Shown here piece by piece: positions 12,273-25,938 of a stretch of DNA of 64,000 nucleotides. Position numbers and translations under genes: made by a program. Numbering within the stretch: the first letter of the stretch is position 1; every line of letters begins with the position of its first letter. The notes beneath the pieces were generated by a model. The model ran no database searches, had not been told where the DNA came from, and saw only the letters and a program-made list of their open reading frames with translations. The stretch covers positions 2,979,136 to 3,043,135 of the forward strand of contig BCIN01000001.1 of assembly GCA_039545335.1 (NCBI GenBank), read 5' to 3'. The stretch comes from Kondoa subrosea (Eukaryota).

Positions 12273-13104
12273 CTTGAAATGAGGATAGTTGACAGCTGCC
12301 GCAAAGTATTGAAAGTATTATTGGGTGTGCACCAGAGGGCTAGAGGTACTACTAGAAAGCAGGCGAACCCCGAGTTTGACCAGATTGTGGAAGAGCAAGA
12401 ACGAAGAAAAGAGAAAGAGAACTGGAGTAGGGGTATATCTGAGGGGCACATCAATTCACGCAGGACCTCCGCAAGTATCTCTACGCCAAGATTGGGACAT
12501 TATCGAGGCTGTGCAAATTAGAAGCTTTCTGGTGTGGTGGAAATCTCTGCGATCCCCAATCTTGGCAGAAAGTGACTGCCGGTAGACGCATGAGTAGCAT
12601 GGAGCGGCATCGGCTTGTGAAGATAATGCACCGAGAAAAAGCGAAAAGAGGCATGGAGTTGTCGAAAGCGGCTCTTTGGAAACAGGGAAACAGTTGGCAT
12701 TGAAGCATAAGAAAACGGAGTCTGAGCCTGGACGACGCGTAGGCAGTAGTCCAAAGCACAAAGACAGCGCACACGAGGCTACAAGCAGACGATAGCGGAG
12801 ACAGAGAAGTCAGAAGTAGAACTGATGCCAATATCAAGCCAAACAAGTTTTAATGGTTATTTCGCTCTTCTGCCTTTTTTGCGTGGTATAGAGCTTGCAG
12901 TATAGGTAGTATGGACCGCAGATATCATCCTTTGAAGCTGCGATTGGCTGTTGCATGTCAACAACAACGTGTCGCGGTGGTCGCTTGGAGTCTTCAAGTC
13001 TGCAAAGATCTGCGGCTATACTACAACTCATCGAAGCAAAAGCTATGCTACGTACATGTACAATGGCTTCTAGCTGTTTTGGAAACACATTTCTTCCTTC
13101 TCAA

Positions 13105-13915
13105 TCAATCGCTATCCGATCCATAAGCCCCTGACAGCTCAATCTTAGGTTCAGGTTTCTTAATCTTCCCACTCTTCAAATCTAGCCAAAATTGATGTAT
13201 GGGCGATTTATCCCTCAAGAAGCTGAATTTAGGATCCGTTGCATGATTGGCTAGAACTTTCATCTCCAGTAATGCTGGATTCGAAGCAGAGGAAAGCAGA
13301 GAAGCTGTACGGGACATAAGTTCCCATTGATCGGAAGTGGGAGTGACCTGTCAATCGAAGAGGATTTGAGTATAGTCCTGGAAGTAGGAGCTAGATTAGA
13401 CCGACAGAGGTATCGCACCGCATGAGAGAGAGAAAAAGCAATGAAGCAGTAAGACGTAAAAGATCAGTGTAGCAGAGAGATCAAAGAACGCAGATTTGCC
13501 GCTTCGATGTGATGCATGGACGCACAGACATGTTCGTTTGGCAGAGAAAGAAGAAGGTCAGATCTTACCTCCTTGCGTGGCGCAGGCTTCTCCTCTTCTT
13601 CTCGCTTCTTCAGAGCCTGCAGTCTCTGCTCTCGCGCATCATCCAAATCATCCGACCTTGGCTTTTTGTTAGGTTGCTCCTGCACTTTCTGTAGCTGGTT
13701 AGAGGAGGAAGAACGCGAATAAATGGCTACAGGCGGTGATGAAGGACTTCTGAGAACGAATCCAATAAGCCCCGAAACAGGTGTTTAACGAAAGCAAAGC
13801 ACCTTGACTTTGATTTGGGTCTTGCTCGTTTCGCAGAAGCAGGAGGAATAGCAGACTCTTCATCTGATTGAGCATCTGGGAATTGTAGATCTTCGTCGAC
13901 TACACGCAGCGACAT
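13105..13915 (-). CDS. Small SURP/SWAP-like domain protein (putative splicing factor)
   Basis: Three exons. C-terminal segment VTPTSDQWELMSRTASLLSSASNPALLEMKVLANHATDPKFSFLR resembles the SURP module (..RTA..V....E.........F.FL). Ends in L..YGSDSD. No N-terminal DRY/EERY domain is visible. Confidence 0.65.
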
Positions 13916-13996
13916 TGCTCAGATAAAAGTCACAGACGCTATACAACACAGTAATTACACTTATTTCATACAAATCGTCCTTTGCCTTCCTCAGCT

Positions 13997-14503
13997 TCAT
14001 CTATTCCGAATCGTCACTACAGCTATAACAGCAGCCAATCCAAAGATAAGCCAACAAGCGACAATCCATTTCCCTTTCATCCACCATCATCAGCCTGATT
14101 GTAGCTTGTCGAGAAGAGGAAAGGAGCATACCATAACACTTTGTCTCGCTCCACAAGCATTCCCTCGATATCTTTGGTAAGCCGTTGTCGCGTTTCGCTA
14201 TTGCTGGATGAGGTAGATCGTTTGATGGACCTTGCCAAGAAGAGTACCAGTTCGATTTGCCTAACTGTTCATCAGGTGTAGCCTGTCCCTATATATCAGT
14301 ACGATTATCACAGCACAGCTAGCTGATAGATGACTGACGGGCGCCGTAGGAAACGAAGTGTACACATTCGATTGACCGCGAGAGAAAGGCGGTTTCTGTG
14401 CTGATGCGGCAGAAGGGAAAGAAGTTCGTTGAGGTGCTAGATTATGCTTCTGGCTGGTCGCCAACAGCGAATTGCGTTCACTTGTTTGAGCTGGTGAAGT
14501 CAT
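13997..14503 (-). CDS. Small hypothetical protein with a C-terminal transmembrane segment
   Basis: MTSPAQTSERNSLL... joined by two GT-AG introns to ...ECLWSETKCYGKWIVACWLIFGLAAVIAVVTIRNR*. Confidence 0.6.
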
Positions 14504-15130
14504 TGATTATGGAAATCTCGGATCGCCAATAGATCGTGGTACTTGTTATTGTTACTAATATAGGCGTAGTCTGGAGTGCGAGGGCAATCGTTCGTGTCTA
14601 CGCCAAAATCCAAAGTACCGCTATAGAGGGGAACAACATGCTGTTTTCACAAATGCTATGTCGACAGTCGGCCCGAGATCGCCACTACACCACGCCAAAA
14701 TACCCAGCTTTGCACTCTTGCAGTGTACATCGTCAGGTATATGTCAGGCAATCGCGCTCGTCGCAATAGCACGAGCAGAAAGCTGCTTACTAAGAACACC
14801 GAAGAAGATACTTTGAAGATGAGCGAGCACAGCTGAGCGACAGGAAGACAGAGTGTCTGAAGCGGACTGATCTAAGAAGTAAGAAAGAAGAGAAGAAATC
14901 ATTTCCAGGACAGTCATGCCGACACAAGCACAATCAACGCAAGCAGAAGCAAGACAGACGAGTACGTGAAACTGATCTGAAAGCAAGTAACAGAGCAAGA
15001 CAGGATAAGCCACATCATAGCATGCTGACACTCAATACCATAGAGCAGCCGAGGTTGACATTCACGGGGCGAGAAATGTGCAAATGATCGGGACCAATGC
15101 TCCTCGAATTGCAACAATTTGCAAGAGCTT

Positions 15131-16863
15131 TTATAATTCCTTCTTCTCTGTTCCTGCATGTTTCGCGGTCCATTTCTCCAAAGCACCAACCTGAAAATCA
15201 ACTAATCAGCTTCTACCTTTCCCATATCGAACAAAGCTTACTCTTTCCGACACTGTAGGGTGAGAGTGATGTAGAGCAGAATATAACTGTGCACCCAAGT
15301 TCAGCAGAGCAACTAGAGAATCTGGGATTCGCTAAGCAAGTACGCACTGGATCGATATCGTATATTTGAGAGTTCTTCTGCATGAGTGTGACCAAAGCGC
15401 TGTACGCAAAGACATCAACTTCAGCTCTGAGGAGGAACATAGCTGATTGAAGACGTACTTTTTCAATTCTGCTTGATAACCTTGTTCCGCCGCGAATCTG
15501 TCAGCAGCGAACTCCAATTTCCTACTGAAAGCATTTGCAGAGAAAGAAGCCAAAGCGTCTAGAGGGGACAAGAGAGCTCCAGCTAAAGAGAATCCAACGA
15601 TGATTGGGCAACCCTTGTTGGCTCCGTAAGCTGGTTGAGGAGTAATACCGAATGATCTGAAGAGAGCTGGTTCGAAGAGAAAGAGAGCGTAGAGTGTCAA
15701 GGCTAGGAAAAGGTTGATTTGACCCATGCCCATCATTCTCAACGAGTCGTAGTGTTTGAAGTGACCTGTACGATGATCGCACTGCAGCTAAGCGCCTAAT
15801 GCGCTGCCGCTGCAAAACAAGACGTACCTAATTCATGAGCGAGTACTGCTTCAACTTGTTCAGGCGTATGGTCTTTCAATAAAGTATCATATAGTACGAT
15901 ATTCTTTGACAGGAATGGTAAGCCTGCGCAACAAGATCAGCTTAGCCTCTCGTTAGGTCCATGGCTGCTCACCAGTGAAGTAAGCATTGGAATGAGCCGA
16001 TCGAGTAGAACCATCAATGACCCAAATCTTGTTCAAGGGGAAATTCATCTTCTTGCCTAATGCTTCAATGCGATCTTGGAACTTCTTGTGCTCTGGTAGA
16101 TCTCTGATGTTGGTGAATTTGTTGAAGAGAGGCGCGATAAGAGCAGGATAAGCTGGAACGACGATGATTTGTACCAAGAGGCTGACATTACAGTGAGCTT
16201 TTACTTTCGCCGAGAAACTCGTATAACTCACAAGAAAGCCATAATGTATAAGACGAATTTCTCTCCATATCTCTCAATAATCCATAACGCAGCAGCCATT
16301 AATGGCAAGCCAATCACGGCACTCAGTAGCACAGTCTTCACCTGATCTTCAGCCCAAGTCTTGAATGTAGTCTTATTGAAACCATGCTTCTGTTCTAGAA
16401 CGAATGTCTTGTACAGCGATGCAGGAACAGAGGTAATGAGAGATAAGACAGCGGTGAAAGAAAGAAAGAAGAGTGAGACTGGAATCGGACTTGGATTTTT
16501 GAGACAGATGACAGCTAGATCCCAAACACGATTGATGTTGAGCAGCAAGATCAGAGTCTCAACAACGTTGATTACTCCAGTAATGAGTGAGAATTGTAAC
16601 TTCGACCTGGCATACGCTTGCGACTTGAAGAAGGCCAATCCAGCTGTCTCCTCTTCTTTGGCTTTCTCGTCACTTGGTAAGCAGTCCAAGACTGGTTTCA
16701 GTGAAGCAGGAGGTCTTGAATGATGCAATCGTGCATATTGCTTCAAATCTATAAGAAGTTGGAATGCTGAAGCTGCCACAGTGAAGACTATGGTATATCG
16801 CTTGTACGGCGTCGTGCTGAGGCTGGCTCGCAGATTGCCAACGAATGAATCTATATAATTCAT
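15131..16863 (-). CDS. STE24: CAAX prenyl protease 1 (peptidase M48A)
   Basis: Motifs YKTFVLEQKHGFNKTT, IAPLFNKF, VIDGSTRSAHSNAYFTG, EAVLAHELGH (HExxH split by an intron), SRKLEFAADRFA and HSHPTVSER. C-terminal KKEL. Confidence 0.95.
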
Positions 16864-16967
16864 GGTGTCGTAACAAGAGAGTGATTGCTGAACGAATTCC
16901 AATGCATGATATATGTGCAGTAAACCCTCTGACCGCTTTGGACTCAAGGTCCCTTACATCAACGTAA

Positions 16968-19645
<2,678 letters not shown>

Positions 19646-20431
19646 GCAACGGCCAGCGTACAGTCAATGGTCGAACGAGTAACAAAATTGTTCAAAAGCC
19701 GGATGGAATCGTTACCCCGCGTTTTTGTGGAAGTACGTTTGGCCTAATCCCGAAAGGCTGTGTTAAGTAGGTTCAAAAAGCATGGGAGACGAGCGAGCCT
19801 TGTGAGAGTACAGCGAGCAGACAGACAGATCGCAAGTCATGACCAGGAAGTCTTGAAGATACAAATCATCATACGGTACAAACGGAATGAGCAGTCAAAG
19901 TAATGGCTTCATATCAGATGATGAAATCTTAGTGAGGCAAGAGCGGTTGGTTGCGCAAGTCGAGTTTTCAAAGATAGACAGCTGGTAGGACTATGAACTT
20001 GAGAACAGAAGAATGTGTAGAACAAGCTTCTGCAGAGGCAGCATGGTGTAAAAGAGCGGGACAGTTTTGATGCAAGTCAATAAAGAGGGCCAACGTAAAT
20101 GATTTCGAAACAAGCAAACCGAAATAGAGAAACAAGTACCAAGATTTCGGCTATTGAAATAACCACCGAGTGGTCTGCCCTCCGCCTTGCCCTCTTGTTG
20201 TGAACCGTTCCCCTTGCGACGGCACATCGCAGCTTCCAATGAGACGATTGGTGAACAGAGGCAAAGAAATTGAAAGGAATGAAGGGAAAAGAGGGCAGGA
20301 AGAAATCTGCCAAAGCCAAAAGCTTGTACCGAGCGCTTTTCTGTGTATATGAAGAAATGCGAACAATTAAGATTTCTAAAGCTTGCGCTAAATAATGATA
20401 CTACTAGAAAAGACAGTTGAGAGGATTGAAA

Positions 20432-21963
20432 TCACTCTGATTTGCCAAATTGCTCGCGCTCCTCAGCTCCCTGTTTCCAGTAATCAGCGGCCTTCTTTAC
20501 CTCATTATAGGAAGGACTAACCGGAATGTAAGGTGTTACTGATCCTTTACCAGCTGCTCGGTGAGCGGCTTTCTTCTTTTGGTAAGCTTGGTAGGATTTG
20601 TCGGTACCCATGAAATGATCCCACCAGCGGAAAGAAGTTGAGTAGCAGCCGAGGAAGTCTGAAAGAATAAATATTAGCTAACGGTGTATACCAGAGTCAA
20701 CCGATTGAAACTTACTCATGTGGTGGAACTGTGAGGCGGAAGACAATGATTAATACCAGCATACATATCGATTCTCCTATGGCTCACATCGTGATGATCA
20801 GCACCAGACCAGACTGGCAACCAATGTTGAAGTGACCAAGGGAAATCTGTCAGTATCCACGACTCAATGACGTCCTCGACAAAATATGCTAGTAGTACTG
20901 ACCATATCCGGAATGCGCATCCACAGCTTGGAATAGTCTCAACATGATCCAGACGTACCTGTACGTGCAATCAACGTTTTAGTCACATGGCCGCGGACTA
21001 AAACAATTATTGTACGCACATGGTGAAAAGATGCAGATTGCCTCCTGATAACCAGCACCAAAGTAGAGGTCCACCAACTGTTCCGATACCCAATACCAAG
21101 ATCTCGATAGGATGAGCGTATTCTGCTGCTAGACCGAAAGGAGCAGAAAATTCATGGTGGAGTTTGTGAATGCGTTTGTAGAGAACAGGAATGCGATGCA
21201 TTGTTCTGTCATGCACGTAATATGGAACCTCAACATGTAGATCTTGTGGAGGCTGAATCAGTACTGACCGGTGAGCCCAATAATGCCATGCATCTTCCAA
21301 AACAAAGAACAATGCGACTTGATAGGCAATGGTAGACCATTTTGGGAACGGAACTTGATGAGTAGCCATGCCAAAGTATTCGGCCATTGGGTGAAAGCCC
21401 CAGATTTGAGGTAGTTCAACAGTGAAATGAGTGAGAAGGACGAGTTTGAGGCATTTCCATTGTTCTTCTGCTGTTGGCATCTTCTCCTGCAGGCATAGGA
21501 GTAGACATCAGATCTCCATAGAGGTCAATGATTGCACGTAGACCCACCTCTTGTAGCTTCCATTTTCTGAAGTACGGTATCCGGTCTACTATCATCCAAG
21601 GAATAACGCGACCGAAGTAGAAAATCTAGCACAAGCCCATGTCAGAGAAGAGACCTAGGAGCTCGTTATGGGACGCTCACTTCATGAATCATGAAGGACA
21701 TGATCCCTGTAGCTAAAACTGGATCCCCAACATAGATGTACCATTGAGCCCAAAGCTGTTCCAGGGTGCTCAATGAGCTGTAAGACCAATGGAAATCAGC
21801 ACACGAGTAGAGTGCAGGGAATTCCAGCTGAAGAAACTTACGAGAAATCGATGCCTGACGCATAAACATGGGAGGCTTTGGCTGATACGGGTGAGCCAAG
21901 TAAGTTATCTTGAAGGAATGAGGAATTGTTTGCTAGTGCAGTGCTAAGATATGCAGCTGCCAT
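20432..21963 (-). CDS. ERG25: C-4 methylsterol oxidase (sterol desaturase/fatty-acid hydroxylase family)
   Basis: Motifs [22 protein letters not shown], His boxes [10 protein letters not shown] and [42 protein letters not shown] and SSFRWWD. Confidence 0.96.
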
Positions 21964-22935
21964 GATGGTTGAATGACTCCAAGTTGAGTTGTGGCAAGTT
22001 TCCGCGAGGATTCGCGAAAAAAGGGCTCGTTCTCCTTTTTCCCTGTCTTCTCCGTCAATGGATCATATCGCAATGCTTCTGCTATACCCTGTTAATCCGC
22101 GACTTTGGGTACGCTATGATCTGTTTGCAAATTTACTCCACTTCGAGCGTCTGGATCATTGCAATGAATCTTTGGACAAAAGCATGCTCACTTCTCGCGT
22201 CTGCGAGGAATTGACATATTCTGTTGTCTTGCGAATATCGCGATCTATTCTATTAAATTGTCTTCATTCTCATTTTTCGCATCGAAATGAGGTATGTCAA
22301 GAAGTCGCTTTGCTGCTCAGTCTGCTCAATGGCATTTCCATGCATACAGTACTCTAACCTTTATCGTATTCTCATCTATTTTCTTCGGCACATGATGATG
22401 AAAAATCACAGGGTCTAGCACACCCGTTTCTAACGAGCTTCTTCCTTATTGGAAGAAATACAGGATCTCTCTATTCTTCTTTCTCTCGCTCGCCTGCTCA
22501 TTGCTGGACTCTGAAAGTCGCTTTATGCAACCCGCTCGTTCTGGGTTGCATCCTCGATTAGATGAAAGCGTAGCTAATGAGATGAGAGAGGAAAAGACGG
22601 AAAGATCTGCTCGAATGAGGATGTAAGTATGGAGAGATTTAATTTGCTATCTGATGCCTTTTCCCTTGTACTTTCACTATGATCATGCAATACTATTCTT
22701 AACAACATAATGATGAGTTCCTCGCCCATTTCCGGCCGTGTGTTTGAGAGCGAAGTTGTCGACAAAGCACATACAGGGACGATTTGCAGAAATCAATGTC
22801 AAGGGAGAGCTAAGGTTGATCAAGATAATACATTGCAACAACAACTCTTCCTTCAGTACAATGTATAAGCCGTAAGACGACTAACAAATCCATCATATGA
22901 AGAGCTGCCCAAATCAGAGCCTTTCCAGGAGAAGA

Positions 22936-25140
22936 CTTACACAAGTGAGGTCAGCGAAATCAGACCGCAGCAAAGAGAGAGAGCTCACCAAGCAAAGCGA
23001 GAGACTAAGCCAGCACGCTAAACGAGACCGCAGCATATAGCTAGCGACCTATCCTCTGTAAATGGACCGGAAACTAACTCCTCCCTCTAAACCATACCCT
23101 CAAATGCAAAAGCTTTACCAAACTCTGACTGACGATCATGACCACAGTAATATTCAACGAGCAACAATCTCTAATGCAGACCTTCTCTCATACGTCAACA
23201 TAATGCATATCTACTAACATTCACGCAAGTGAACAAGAAAGCCTGCCTAATCTTAAAATTGACATATGGCGAGGACAGAGGTTGACGTAATGAGAAGTGC
23301 ATCGCCCGCCAAAGAGAGATGTGTACTATAGTAGACTGCTGCTACATGGTACCGACTGGTCTTTTGTTCAAGGACTTGCGTCAAAGAACAAACAGTGCTC
23401 ATTTGTAGAAAACCGTCAGGATTCATTGAGCTTTGGTGATTGTAAAGCCACAGGTGACGACTCGGAGGACTAATCTCAGTGCAACAGTCTTCAAACGCAA
23501 GATGCTACTCGGGTCGATGAGACTGCGAGAGCGCGGCATCCTGGAAAGCAATCGCGAGAAGCAGATTCAGAAGGAGGAGTGCAAGACAAGACATCGGTCA
23601 CAACGCATAAGAGGCGCTTGCCTCGACAGAAGAGTGCGTAGAGGAGCTGGAAAGATGAAACCGCAAAGTAGGCAAGCTGGCCAGGCTTGGACCTGTGCGT
23701 AGCAGTCGAGCGTGCTCTATAGGATTACGCGTTAGCCCGGTAAGAGTTACTACTGTGAAAGAATGCGCTTACCTCTGACTTGGGTTGTGATGATAGTTCC
23801 AGAGCAAGCGTGTCAAAAGAAAGTCATGTACAAGTGCCACTTCGAGCAGAGAACCAGTCAAGGTAACACTCGGTGTAATGTATAGAGCATGGAGCTACGG
23901 CCTCTACATGAGTCTACAAAAGCAAAGCGAGATTTCTCCTCGATCCCGGAAAGTAAGGTTCTCCAACTCCTTGTTTTGCTACAGCATGATAGGAACTCCG
24001 AACCGAGAATAAACTTTCTTATGAATGACACTGTAGACTGACAAGTCAGTAATAGCTTGGAAAGACAGTAGCAAAGACATTAACTTACTTCAAAAAAAAA
24101 ACCGATACAACTTGCCGACCTTTTGCTATCATGGAATCGATCCAGATAGGAGTACGTTTATGACTCCTTCTCAGAATAACAAAAAGGCAAAGCAGAAATC
24201 AAGTGCCGCCTCATTGAAGGAGGCTCATCTTTCCAGGCCTGTTGATCCATCATAGAAAGAGCGACTCGAGTCAAAGACTCTCAGCTAGAATACTACCAAA
24301 AAGCTCAGCGAAAACAATACAATACTTAGCGACAGAAGCTTACTTTCAGATCGAGAAGAAGTTGACAAGCTTCTACCTTTCTGAAGCACACGGAGCGATA
24401 CCCATACGCCTACTTGTGATCTACTATTCTTCTAAGGGTTCTGATGCCTTGCCAGCTCTCGTTCACGAAGCCAAATGAAAGCGACTGATTGTAAACATGA
24501 AGAACCGTTAACTATGCAAGAGAGGAACCTTATCACGGTTGTTATTGCTACAAGATAGCCAAACCACGAAAAGAAAGTTCGGGCGCATCTGAAAAATCTC
24601 CAACCGAAACTCAGAGGGATTGCAGGCCGTCGTCTGTTTATGTGGTTGGAGGCTGGTTGGATAAGAGGACTTCGTTGATAGTACGCATTCTTACTACCAC
24701 TTGTTCCACTCTGGGCCCCGGAAAATCGCATACGTGAAGACGCCTGCCGCAGCGAGACCGTTAAGGCTCAATATGCTGTCGGATGGATGGAATCCACATA
24801 GCTAGAACACTACTGCGTGCACAGAGTAGAGAACGTTTCGTGAAGTCTTTGAGCTGGCTGAATCCCGCTCGCAAGCTTAGGTCATGCCTGACCATAACGC
24901 AAACTTGATCCATATCATTCCAGCAGGCGAAAGAAAGAGCGTGTCATATGAGAAAGGCAGCAGAACCAAAAGTAGAATGAAAGAGCAGATCTAGAGCTAG
25001 TAGTTGAATGTATGGAGCTGAAAGAGAACCGCGAAAAGGTGAGAGCTTGGGTTTGTCGCGTCCCTGCCTCTGTGTGAAGCGGTGGTGTGTGCTCTGACGT
25101 GTGATATCAGCTCAGCGCTATGGAGAAGCTAGTGACTTAC
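22936..25140 (-). ncRNA. Candidate spliced long non-coding transcript(s) in the ERG25-AMS1 interval
   Basis: Minus-strand intron-like segments of typical size with GTRAG donor, branch site and AG acceptor at 25140-25094, 23772-23717 and 22988-22936 (weaker one at 23097-23056). No recognisable protein frame. No transcript data. Confidence 0.3.
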
Positions 25141-25938
25141 CTCCGACTCGAGTATCAGATGATGGTCAAGACCAAGAGAAGAAATTCGATGACAATGAAG
25201 TTGAGCTTGGACCTTTTTTTAGAACTCATTTCTCTAAGCCTGGATCGTAGAAAGTGAAGTCAGGGTGAGCCATCCAAGGTGTAATGAAGAGGCAGAATGG
25301 ACTCGACATAGTATTTGCTGCGGTTGTTAGACAAGCACCAAATGTAATAGCTCAGTCACATCCATGAGCTGAAGATTGCTATCTTGTAGTAGAATAGATG
25401 GAGAGCCGATAGACAAACATATACATACAGCCCTTCTGTCAAAAGGAAGGAAACGAACGCCTGTCATTTTATTGCACATGGCGGACTTACAAGCATCTCC
25501 TCAGATCAATGATACGATTCCAGAAGACAAGCGCAGCCTAGCTGAAGGTTTATCACTGCGATATGTAAGGCTTGCGCAGAATCCGCTGCTCATCGCATAC
25601 ATACACCAAACAGCAGCCTTATAAGAAACCGGAATGGGATTGGGAAAGCATAGACACAGAATACAAGAGAACATATTGAATTGAGAGAAACAAAAGAGAG
25701 CAACTTGAAGGCAAGCAAGTCGACTCCAAGTTGCCAACACTGCTGGGCAGTTCTCCTTCTCGGTCAAATCGATAAGCTCTTACAACGGAAACGAACGGGA
25801 ACACGTTAGTATATATCAAACAGGGCAACAGACGTCAGCAGATCGCTGTTCTGCTGCAACCTCGTCGACTTACTCCGCAACCTCTGCTCTCCACACGAAC
25901 AATCACTGTCTTCTTGATACAACCACGGAGATAGCAGT

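Noticed and set aside
12456..12846. Overlapping 85-121 aa Cys/hydrophobic ORFs upstream of the sugar porter, one resembling a signal peptide
   Set aside because: They start at TTG/GTG rather than ATG, have no intron or family support, and lie in the pyrimidine-rich promoter/UTR zone.
14744..15201. Two 95-aa hydrophobic minus-strand ORFs downstream of STE24
   Set aside because: They overlap the STE24 last exon and 3' UTR. T/C-rich UTR sequence gives hydrophobic translations by chance, and no motif is present.
15131..16863. STE24 as a marker of a mating-type (pheromone/receptor) locus
   Set aside because: No STE3-type receptor, CAAX-terminated pheromone ORF or homeodomain gene was found in the window. 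STE24 is a housekeeping gene.
21964..25938. Telomerase RNA, snRNA, tRNA or transposon in the long intergenic region
   Set aside because: No CCCTAA-type template repeat, no U1/U2/U4/U5/U6 signature, no tRNA cloverleaf with A/B boxes, and no terminal repeats or transposase/RT remnants were recognised.
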